This document shows positions 54,906-62,649 of a DNA stretch of 64,000 nucleotides, one piece after another; within the stretch, counting starts at the first letter, position 1; the number at the start of each line of letters is the position of its first letter. The DNA is taken from positions 2,611 to 66,610 of the forward strand of contig JAFTNU010000005.1 in the NCBI GenBank assembly GCA_017451735.1. The letters run 5' to 3'. The DNA is from Clostridia bacterium (GTDB lineage Bacteria > Bacillota > Clostridia > Oscillospirales > CAG-272). Position numbers and translations under genes: made by a program. The notes below the pieces were generated by a model. The model had not been told where the DNA came from and ran no database searches. It saw only the letters and a program-made list of their open reading frames with translations.

Positions 54906-55850
54906 ATGAAAAGAAAACTGAAACGCGCCGTTATCACAGGTCCCACAGGAGCCGTCGGCACTGCTTTGTGTCGGGAATTGGCCGAAAACGGGATAGAAGT
55001 GATCGCCGTCTGCCGCCCGGGCTCGGCACGCCTTGGTGCCGTTCCTTCTCATGATCTGATCCGAACGGTGCAGTGTGATGTGAGTAATCTTGCCGATCTG
55101 CCCCGACTGATCCCCGAGGGGGCCGATGCCTTCTATCACCTTGCCTGGGCGCATACCACCGGGGCGGGACGCAACGATATGCCTGCACAGATCAACAATA
55201 TCCGCTATACCATAGATGCCGTCGGGGCCGCCCACGCCCTTGGCTGTCAGGTCTTTGTGGGGGCGGGCAGTCAGGCCGAGTATGGCAGGGTAGAGGGACT
55301 TTTGCGGCCCGATACCCCCTGTTTTCCCGAAAACGGCTACGGCATTGCCAAGCTTTGCGCGGGGCAGATGAGCCGTATCGAATGTGCCAAATTGGGGCTG
55401 GATCACATCTGGACGCGAATTTTGAGCGTATACGGCCCCGGCGACGGAGCCGCTTCCATGATTTCAAGCGTGATCCGCAGTCTTCTGGCAAGAGAGCGCC
55501 CCGCCCTTACCGCAGGCGTACAGCTTTGGGATTACCTTTATTCCCGTGATGCCGCGACCGCTTTCCGCCTGCTTGCAGAGCACGGTGTCAGCGGTAGGAT
55601 CTATCCCCTCGGCGGCGGACATGCCCGCCCCTTGAGAGAGTACATCGAAATATTGCGCGATAGCATTGACCCCGCTCTTCCGCTGGGGCTTGGTGAGATC
55701 CCTTACGGCCCGTTGCAGGTCATGCACCTGGAGGCGGATATCACGGCCTTGAAGGAGGATACGGGCTTTGTACCCGCCACCGATTTTACCGACGGTATTC
55801 GCGCCACCGTTCGGGCATATAAAAAAACAAACGGTATGCAAAATATGTGA
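54906..55850 (+). CDS. NAD-dependent epimerase/dehydratase-family (extended SDR) protein
   Basis: ITGPTGAVG Rossmann motif and YGIAK catalytic YxxxK. Starts 4 nt after the preceding stop. Confidence 0.85.
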   Translation: MKRKLKRAVITGPTGAVGTALCRELAENGIEVIAVCRPGSARLGAVPSHDLIRTVQCDVSNLADLPRLIPEGADAFYHLAWAHTTGAGRNDMPAQINNIRYTIDAVGAAHALGCQVFVGAGSQAEYGRVEGLLRPDTPCFPENGYGIAKLCAGQMSRIECAKLGLDHIWTRILSVYGPGDGAASMISSVIRSLLARERPALTAGVQLWDYLYSRDAATAFRLLAEHGVSGRIYPLGGGHARPLREYIEILRDSIDPALPLGLGEIPYGPLQVMHLEADITALKEDTGFVPATDFTDGIRATVRAYKKTNGMQNM

Positions 55851-55861
55851 CATTTTTAGCA

Positions 55862-55901
55862 AAAATCCCGCCCCTGCAGATCACTGCAGGGGCGGGATTT
55901 T
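55862..55901. terminator. Bidirectional terminator between the SDR and ABM genes
   Basis: AAAATCCCGCCCCTGCAG / CTGCAGGGGCGGGATTTT. Confidence 0.8.
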
Positions 55902-55920
55902 ATGCCGTTATCGGGATGAA

Positions 55921-56214
55921 TCAGTCAAATGCCGCAGGCGTGGTGGGGAGCGCCTTTCGGGGTGTTGCCATGTAGGGGGCAACCTCCTCGCGCCAGCGCA
56001 GGTAATGAGCGGTGGTCTTGTGGAAGGCGGCGGCCTTCTCATCACGGAAGACCTCATAAAGCGTGAATTTGGTGGGATCCTCACGGCTCTGGAGGACGTC
56101 AAAACGGACATTGCCGTCCTCTTTGCGGGAGTTTTCGTGGTTGTAAAGGGTAATGGCGCGGAAGTCCTCGATATGCTCGGGCTTCACATCGACAAAGACA
56201 AGGGTAGCGATCAT
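55921..56214 (-). CDS. Antibiotic-biosynthesis-monooxygenase (ABM/YgiN-like) domain protein
   Basis: 97 aa. Has VKPEHIEDFRAITLYNHENSRKEDGNVRFDVLQSREDPTKFTLYEVFRDEKAAAFH, typical of the ferredoxin-like ABM fold. RBS AAGGAG. Confidence 0.8.
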   Translation of the reverse strand: MIATLVFVDVKPEHIEDFRAITLYNHENSRKEDGNVRFDVLQSREDPTKFTLYEVFRDEKAAAFHKTTAHYLRWREEVAPYMATPRKALPTTPAAFD

Positions 56215-56239
56215 GATTTTTATCTCCTTTATTTTAAAG

Positions 56240-56632
56240 TCAATTTCGGATCAGGCCTTTTGCGCCCAGAATCTCTTTGGCCGCGCCCTGATCTTTCCCC
56301 GTAACGGTCACGGGGGCGGTCAGTCGCTCGGCGGCTGCGCTCAATGCCGCACGCACGGTATCCGTGTCGGCGTCCGGGACGCACAAAGCGCCGTTTTCCC
56401 GGGCAAAAATCACCCCGTCCACGGCCTTTTGATAGAGCAATGCGTAGGCTTCCTCCACATCTGCCGAATCAAATTTGGCCAATTCATAGCGCAATGCGGT
56501 GGGGCAAACAGGCCCCATGGGGGGCTGGATGGCCTCCAGCATACGGTACTCCAGCGCGCTCAATACCGTGAGCGAGCCGACTACCGTGTCGTAAGCATAT
56601 TTTCGCGCATTGTGGCGAAACAGAACAAGCAT
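56240..56632 (-). CDS. Hypothetical 130-aa protein whose N-terminal ~85 aa resemble the peptide-recognition (RRE-like) N-domain of SPASM radical-SAM maturases
   Basis: The ATG at 56632 lies 8 nt after GGAGGA. LFRHNARKYAYDTVVGSLTVLSALEYRMLE...DVEEAYALLYQKAVDGVIF matches the pattern of SCIFF-maturase N-termini as I recall them. There is no CxxxCxxC motif. Confidence 0.45.
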   Translation of the reverse strand: MLVLFRHNARKYAYDTVVGSLTVLSALEYRMLEAIQPPMGPVCPTALRYELAKFDSADVEEAYALLYQKAVDGVIFARENGALCVPDADTDTVRAALSAAAERLTAPVTVTGKDQGAAKEILGAKGLIRN

Positions 56633-56651
56633 TTCAACATCCTCCGTAAAA

Positions 56652-57128
56652 TCAGTGATGACGGCGGGTCTTTTTCTTTTGCCTTGCGGCAAGAAGCGCT
56701 CCGGCCAGTGAGGCGGGGAGCAGCAGCAGACGCGTGAGAAGAGCAAGAGCACCGGACATGGAATGACCCCAGGCATCCGGCAGGCAAAAGGCAAGGACCG
56801 TGATGAACAAAAGCAGAAGCAACGCCTCGCCCAATCCGCAAAAGAGGGGAGCTCGGCGGTGCTGGAGACGCGTGGCGATCGCCCCGCCGATAAAGGCGGT
56901 CAGATAGAGCAGGGTAAAGGCGACACCGGTGTGGTAACGGTCGGGATCCTTTGCGGAAAGCAAGAGCACCGATGAGAGCAAAAGAAGCAGCAAGCCCACA
57001 GTCACCGTGATGGGCAGTGCCACAAGGACGCTTTTCATCAGGGCGGAAAGGGTAGGCGCCCCTTCCTGCTCGGTGGCGGTACGGCGGTGCCTTCTTGCTG
57101 CTTTTTGGGGCTTTTGATGCACAGACAT
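56652..57128 (-). CDS. YrzE/TIGR04086-like small polytopic membrane protein
   Basis: Four hydrophobic helices and basic termini. The position directly after yajC matches B. subtilis yrbF-yrzE. RBS AGGAGG. Confidence 0.6.
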   Translation of the reverse strand: MSVHQKPQKAARRHRRTATEQEGAPTLSALMKSVLVALPITVTVGLLLLLLSSVLLLSAKDPDRYHTGVAFTLLYLTAFIGGAIATRLQHRRAPLFCGLGEALLLLLFITVLAFCLPDAWGHSMSGALALLTRLLLLPASLAGALLAARQKKKTRRHH

Positions 57129-57191
57129 GGTTTTTTCCTCCTACAAGTACTTGGTACATTGTATGAGAGGAGTTTGCCGTTTAGTCCTGCA

Positions 57192-57539
57192 TTACTTCTC
57201 CTTGGAGTCTTCCTTTTTGTCCTCGGCCTCGTCTTTCTTTTCCTCGGCGGGGGCCTCGATCTTGATGTTGGCAGGGACATCTACACTGCGTACCGCTGTC
57301 TTGAGCAAGCGGATACGGGTGTGGTCGCGGGTGGTCTCGATGACCATGGTCTCTTCTTTGATGCTGACCACCTTGCCGATGATGCCGCCGATGGTGGTGA
57401 TCTCATCTCCCACGGCAAGGTTGTTGCGCATCTGCTGCGCGGCCTGCTCCTGCTTCTTCTGCGGACGCATACCAAAGAAGTAGAAAACCACGATGATGAC
57501 GGCAATCATGCCGATTGTCATCCAAATACTGCTATCCAT
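57192..57539 (-). CDS. yajC: Preprotein translocase subunit YajC
   Basis: MIAVIIVVFYFFGMRPQKKQEQ...LAVGDEITTIGGIIGKVVSI. The ATG at 57539 follows GGAGG. Confidence 0.9.
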   Translation of the reverse strand: MDSSIWMTIGMIAVIIVVFYFFGMRPQKKQEQAAQQMRNNLAVGDEITTIGGIIGKVVSIKEETMVIETTRDHTRIRLLKTAVRSVDVPANIKIEAPAEEKKDEAEDKKEDSKEK

Positions 57540-57751
57540 TGTAACCTCCGAATAAAAATTTGATACGTCTATTATAGCCTGTCCCGCGCGGAAATACAAG
57601 CCCTGAAATGTAAAATTTTTCTTCAAAAGGAAAAAAAGAACGGTTTTTGTGTAAAAAAAGCCCCGCGCCTGTTGAAAAAAAAGCAAGGTTGTGATATACT
57701 ATGTAAAAATTATATCATTTTGAAGGCGCCGTTGGGCGCGGGAGGAGTTGC

Positions 57752-58264
57752 ATGGCAAGGATCAGATATCCCGAATGCGGAAAGATCATCAATACCCACG
57801 GATGCCACGGTGCCGTTAAGGTAGAGCCATGGTGCGATTCTCCCGCCGTGTTTGCCGCATTGCCCACGGTCTATCTGCGTGAGGGCAACGAGCTGCATCC
57901 TTTCAAGATGTTGAATGCCTCTGTGTTCGGTGGGCGCTTCGTCTTTGCCGAATTCGAGGGGATAACCACCATGGAGGCGGCTGAGGCCTTGCGGGGTAAG
58001 GTTCTTTATGCCGACCGCAACGATCTCGGCATTCCCGAAGGGGTTCTGCTGATCGCCGAGATGAAGGGGATGAAGGTGTGGAATGCCACCACGGGAGAAC
58101 AGCTGGGGACGCTTGCCGATGTGATCCATCCGGGTGCCACCGATATTTATGTGATCCGCACCGAAAAGGGTGAGGCCATGGTGCCCGTTGTTCCCGAATT
58201 TGTCAGAAATGTGGACGAAGAAGAGGGGATCTTCCTGACCCCCATCGAAGGGATGTTCGACTGA
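57752..58264 (+). CDS. rimM: 16S rRNA processing protein RimM
   Basis: GKIINTHGCHGAVKV, the PRC-barrel C-terminus and LIGMKV-like AEMKGMKVW. RBS GGGAGGAG. Confidence 0.88.
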   Translation: MARIRYPECGKIINTHGCHGAVKVEPWCDSPAVFAALPTVYLREGNELHPFKMLNASVFGGRFVFAEFEGITTMEAAEALRGKVLYADRNDLGIPEGVLLIAEMKGMKVWNATTGEQLGTLADVIHPGATDIYVIRTEKGEAMVPVVPEFVRNVDEEEGIFLTPIEGMFD

Positions 58265-58965
58265 TGCGGTTTGATATCATGACTCTGTTTCCCGACCTGG
58301 TGAATACTGTCCTTGGTGAGAGCATCATCGGTCGCGCACAAAAAAGCGGTGCCATCGAGGTGCGGGCCCATAATATCCGGGATTATTCAAAAGACAAGCA
58401 CCGTCGGGTGGATGACACCCCTTACGGCGGCGGCAAGGGCATGCTGATGATGGCGCCCCCCATTTACGATTGCTATGAATCGATCGTCAACGCCTACGGG
58501 CAGGCGGCAAGCCGCCATGTGGTCTACATGTCTCCCCGCGGCCCCGTGCTCAACCAGAAAAAAGCCCGTGAGCTGGCGTCTTATGATCATCTGATCATCC
58601 TGTGCGGCCATTATGAAGGGGTGGATACCCGCATCATTGAGGAAATCGTGGACGAGGAGATCTCCATCGGTGATTTCGTTCTGACCGGCGGAGAATTGCC
58701 CGCCTGTATTCTGGTGGATGCTGTGGCACGGCTGGTGGATGGCGTTCTTGCCGACCCAGAGTGCTATGAGAAGGAGAGCTTTTCCGACGGATTGCTGGAA
58801 TATCCTCAGTATACCCGTCCCGTGGAGTTTCACGGGAGGACAGTGCCCGACGTGCTGCTGTCGGGGCATCATGCCAACATAGAAAAATGGCGCGCCGAGC
58901 AGTCGCTGGAGGTTACGCGCCGTCTGCGCCCCGAGCTTTTGCAAAAAAGAGAAGAGGACATGTGA
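58264..58965 (+). CDS. trmD: tRNA (guanine37-N1)-methyltransferase
   Basis: RFDIMTLFPD, DDTPYGGGKGMLM, ILCGHYEGVD, SIGDFVLTGGELPA and LSGHHANIEKWR. Confidence 0.95.
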   Translation: MRFDIMTLFPDLVNTVLGESIIGRAQKSGAIEVRAHNIRDYSKDKHRRVDDTPYGGGKGMLMMAPPIYDCYESIVNAYGQAASRHVVYMSPRGPVLNQKKARELASYDHLIILCGHYEGVDTRIIEEIVDEEISIGDFVLTGGELPACILVDAVARLVDGVLADPECYEKESFSDGLLEYPQYTRPVEFHGRTVPDVLLSGHHANIEKWRAEQSLEVTRRLRPELLQKREEDM

Positions 58966-58992
58966 TTTTTGATGAAAGGAGGTCGGCCCGAT

Positions 58993-60966
58993 ATGAAGGT
59001 TCGCAAGCCGAGCATAAAGGATAGCTATATTGTCCGCTTTTTTGCTTTTATCACTCATTTTATTTATACCACCCTTTCGGCAGGGTTCCTCGGCCGCGTT
59101 TTCACCTCCTACACCGCTACCGATCAGGCCTTCCGCTCCTCTCATGTCGGGCGTCTTGCCCGCACCACCGAGCAGGGCGGCGGCAAATTTCATCGGGCCC
59201 TTCGGCGCAATATTGCCTTTGCCATGAACGAAAGCAGGATCGTGGGTGGCGTTTCCGCTTTTTTGCGTCTGCTGTGTCGGTGCAGTGTGCGAACCGTCGG
59301 TCTGTTTTTCCTGACCTCGGGGGCTTATTCCGCCATTATGTACTGGCTCTTTTCGGTGATCTGGAAAAACGGCACGGTGAATGTATTCAATCTTTTCGGT
59401 GGGATCGCCTCCCTTGTGCTGGGAATTCTGTTGCTTTTTTCCGATGTGTCGTTGGGGTACGCACTGTCCAAGGGCGTGTTTTTCGATAAGATCCTGGTAT
59501 CGGTATTCGGTGTATCCGACGATGCCTTCAAGGATGTGGAAAGGGAAGGCAAGCAGGGTTACGTGGTTGCCGTTCCTTTGGGAATGGTCCTGGGTGCCGT
59601 CAGTGCTCTGACCTCACCTCTTTATCTGTTGGCGGTTGCTGTCGCATTCCTGCTGCTTGTTCTGATCCTTTCGGTCCCCGAGGCAGGGGTCATGCTGTTG
59701 ATCCTGTTCCTGCCCTTCGCGGGCTTCCTGCCCAAAAGCGAATTCTGGATATTGCTGTTTGTTGCCGTTCCGCTGGTTGCGTATTTCGGTAAGCTGTTGC
59801 GTGGTAATCGTGCCTTCCATATGGAAATACAGGATATGCCCGTACTGCTCATGCTGATCCTGTTCCTACTCTCTGGCTTTTCCGTGGCAGGGGTGACGGC
59901 ATGGAAGGGGGCGCTTCTGTCGGCGGCGTTTGTGGGGATCTATTTCCTTGTGGTCAATGTCATTGCCACCCCTCGGTGGATGAACCGTTGTCGCGTGGCC
60001 TTGATCGTTTCCGCTACGGCGGCCTCACTTTTGGGCATCTTTCAATTCGTGTTTGCGGCAGTAACGCTTGACGGTGCCTCCATGTCTGCCATCGGCGGTC
60101 ATGTTTGTGCCGGCTTTGCGGATCATACGACCTTCGCTTATTTTCTCGTATTGGTCTTTCCGTTCACACTGGCGGCCTTTATCAGTGCCAAAAAGCGTTA
60201 CCGTTTGCCTACGGGCTTTGCCATGGTGGCCGTGACCGCCGCCGCAGTGCTGACGTGGGTACAAAGCGCCATGATCGCCATACTGGTCATGCTGATCGTG
60301 TTCCTTCTCGTATACGATCGCCGTACCTTCCCCTTTGTGCTGATGGGAACGGCGCTCACTCCCCTTGTTCTGTGTTTTTTGCCCGACAGCGTACGTAACC
60401 GCTTTCTGTCGGTTCTGCGTACCGATTCCGATGCGGCGCTGGCCCGCAGCTCGGGAGCCGGCAGCCTGGCGGTTGAGATCTTTTTTGAAAAGGGAAGCGG
60501 TGTATTTGGCCGCAGTGCGGGCTTTGCACGGCTGATGTTCGGTCTGGGGAACGGCGGTATCGAACAATTTTGCACCCTTTATACATCGGTGCCCTCCGAC
60601 CTGGTGGCCAAGTCTCTCAACTTCTGGCTTTACCGCTTACTGGAAGGGGGCGTGCTGGGGGTGATTCTTCCCGCCGCATTTTTCTTCTTCCTGTATCAGA
60701 ATTGCTTTTCCGTCATGCGCAGTACCTCGTCAAGAGGGCACTGCTTCTCGGCCATCACGGGGGTTGCCATGATTACGGGTGTGCTGATTCTCAGCATTTT
60801 CCGCTATTCCTGGTACGATCCCGGGGCGCTTGTCGCCTTTTTCCTGGCCGCGGCGCTGATCATTGCCGATCTGCGCTATGTACGCAGTCGATCTTTGCCG
60901 ACTGCCAATGAGGGGATCACCGACGGCAGTGTGGCAGAGCTTGAGTATTACGGTGGGGTTCGTTGA
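58993..60966 (+). CDS. O-antigen-ligase/polymerase-like (Wzy_C-type) polytopic membrane protein
   Basis: At least 12 TM helices with one larger loop. The ATG at 58993 follows AAGGAGG. The family call rests on topology and composition only. Confidence 0.6.
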   Translation: MKVRKPSIKDSYIVRFFAFITHFIYTTLSAGFLGRVFTSYTATDQAFRSSHVGRLARTTEQGGGKFHRALRRNIAFAMNESRIVGGVSAFLRLLCRCSVRTVGLFFLTSGAYSAIMYWLFSVIWKNGTVNVFNLFGGIASLVLGILLLFSDVSLGYALSKGVFFDKILVSVFGVSDDAFKDVEREGKQGYVVAVPLGMVLGAVSALTSPLYLLAVAVAFLLLVLILSVPEAGVMLLILFLPFAGFLPKSEFWILLFVAVPLVAYFGKLLRGNRAFHMEIQDMPVLLMLILFLLSGFSVAGVTAWKGALLSAAFVGIYFLVVNVIATPRWMNRCRVALIVSATAASLLGIFQFVFAAVTLDGASMSAIGGHVCAGFADHTTFAYFLVLVFPFTLAAFISAKKRYRLPTGFAMVAVTAAAVLTWVQSAMIAILVMLIVFLLVYDRRTFPFVLMGTALTPLVLCFLPDSVRNRFLSVLRTDSDAALARSSGAGSLAVEIFFEKGSGVFGRSAGFARLMFGLGNGGIEQFCTLYTSVPSDLVAKSLNFWLYRLLEGGVLGVILPAAFFFFLYQNCFSVMRSTSSRGHCFSAITGVAMITGVLILSIFRYSWYDPGALVAFFLAAALIIADLRYVRSRSLPTANEGITDGSVAELEYYGGVR

Positions 60967-60999
60967 CGGCAGTCACCGTGTTTTCCAAGGAGGTAAACT

Positions 61000-61593
61000 A
61001 TGAATCGCGAAAAATCCGATGCTCCCAAGCCGGAAAAGGAGGAGCGCCGCAGGAGCTCTGCTCCGTCGGGCGACAAGGGCCCCAAAAAGGAGTCCAATCG
61101 CCGCTGGCTCTTTTTGGTGGTGGATATTCTGTTGCTTGCGGCCATTGTTGCCGCAGTCCTGTTCCTTGTTTCCTTACTGACACCCTTCTCGCTTTTCGAT
61201 TCCGACCGCGAAGAGGTGCGCCGTGTCACCTATACCGTTGAATTGGCGGGAGTGGAACGGGATTCTCTTGGCGCATTGAAGGTAGGGGATGCGGTTGTGG
61301 ACAGCGAAACCGGCGCCACCATCGGCGTGGTGACCGCAGTAAACAGCCGTGCTTATGAGGTTTATACCGATGTCCCCGTTGAGGACGAGGATCTGAACAG
61401 CTATGTGGTCACCAAGGCCACCTATCCCGAGGAGTTCAATACCGTTACCGTCACCCTTTCGGTGGATGCCGATTATGAGGCGGGGGTCGGTTATACGGTT
61501 GATGACTGCCGTATTGCGGTGGGACGCACATATGAGCTCAATTTTCCCGGATATGCGGGCAGTGGCGTGTGTGTCGCCTTCAATGCGGAGTAA
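61000..61593 (+). CDS. DUF4330-like single-pass membrane protein (paralogue 1, with a K/E/R-rich N-tail)
   Basis: Signal-anchor FLVVDILLLAAIVAAVLFLV followed by a beta-rich domain. RBS AAGGAGG. Confidence 0.55.
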   Translation: MNREKSDAPKPEKEERRRSSAPSGDKGPKKESNRRWLFLVVDILLLAAIVAAVLFLVSLLTPFSLFDSDREEVRRVTYTVELAGVERDSLGALKVGDAVVDSETGATIGVVTAVNSRAYEVYTDVPVEDEDLNSYVVTKATYPEEFNTVTVTLSVDADYEAGVGYTVDDCRIAVGRTYELNFPGYAGSGVCVAFNAE

Positions 61594-61605
61594 GGAGGGA
61601 CCGAG

Positions 61606-62133
61606 ATGAAAAATACACAGGAAAAGAAGCCTGCATCCCGCATTCGCTTTAATGTGGTGGATGCCGTACTCATCCTTCTTGCCATTCTTTGCATTGTTGG
61701 GATCTGGCAGAGAAAAAATCTTCAGAGCCTTTTTGATTCGGGCGAGGCACTGGAATCCTATACCGTGACCTTCGAGATCAGCAAAATGCGCAGTACCACC
61801 GTCAATCTTCTGGCAAAGGATACAGCCCTTTATCTGGAGGATAACGGTACACGGGTCTCTCTCGGGACCCTGGCCGAGCAGGTCTCTACCTCTGCGGCCA
61901 CCGTCTATTTGCAGGATGGGGACGGGAATACCGTCAAAGCGGTCTATCCCCAGGACGATCATGAATATCTGCTGGATGTGAAGGGGACACTGAATTGCCG
62001 GGGCATCGAGCATGACGGGATCTTCCTGTTGGAGGGAAAGACATATCTTGCCGTGAATCGGACGGTTGCGGCGCATACCGAGACCGCCGATTTCGAGATC
62101 CGCATCACCGGTATTCAAAAAGTGACAGGTTAG
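61606..62133 (+). CDS. DUF4330-like single-pass membrane protein (paralogue 2)
   Basis: RFNVVDAVLILLAILCIVGIW anchor with the same architecture as the preceding gene. RBS AAGGAGGG. Confidence 0.55.
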   Translation: MKNTQEKKPASRIRFNVVDAVLILLAILCIVGIWQRKNLQSLFDSGEALESYTVTFEISKMRSTTVNLLAKDTALYLEDNGTRVSLGTLAEQVSTSAATVYLQDGDGNTVKAVYPQDDHEYLLDVKGTLNCRGIEHDGIFLLEGKTYLAVNRTVAAHTETADFEIRITGIQKVTG

Positions 62134-62318
62134 TCGAGTCTTTGAAAAAGGCAGTCGATTTTGGCGATTTTTCACAGATAATACACCTTTGATCGGCTAA
62201 AATACCGAAAAAATGCCCATTGATTTTCGCACCCGAATTTGTTATACTATTCTTAATACCTATCACAACCGGGTGTTTGACACCGGGGAATAACCGAAAG
62301 AAACGGAGCGTTTGACCT

Positions 62319-62582
62319 ATGATTTCTCGCGAAGTGACCATTACGAATACAATCGGCCTTCATGCGCGGCCTGCCACCTTCTTTATCCAGAAGGCGAATG
62401 CGTACAAGTGTTCGGTTTGGGTAGAAAAAGAAGATCGCAAGGTCAATGCCAAAAGCCTTTTGGGCGTTCTCTCTTTAGGCATCGCACAGGGCATGACTAT
62501 CAAGTTGATCGCAGACGGTTCCGACGAGACCGAGGCATTGGATGGGCTTGAGGCCTTGATCCATACCGGCTTTCAGGAATAA
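62319..62582 (+). CDS. ptsH: Phosphocarrier protein HPr
   Basis: GLHARPA (His15 site) and KVNAKSLLGVLSLG (Ser46 site). Confidence 0.9.
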   Translation: MISREVTITNTIGLHARPATFFIQKANAYKCSVWVEKEDRKVNAKSLLGVLSLGIAQGMTIKLIADGSDETEALDGLEALIHTGFQE

Positions 62583-62604
62583 TCGGGCGGCAGAGCCGCA
62601 ATAC

Positions 62605-62634
62605 AGGGCGCCTTTGTGAAGGGCGCCCTTTTTT
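62605..62634 (+). terminator. Rho-independent terminator after ptsH
   Basis: AGGGCGCC / GGCGCCCT stem followed by TTTTT. Confidence 0.8.
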
Positions 62635-62649
62635 GGGGAGGTGAGGGGC

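Noticed and set aside
55921-57191. Search for a SCIFF-type Cys-rich precursor ORF or an intact radical-SAM maturase near yajC.
   Set aside because: The gaps are only 20-60 nt. No small Cys-rich ORF and no CxxxCxxC-containing ORF is present on the minus strand here.
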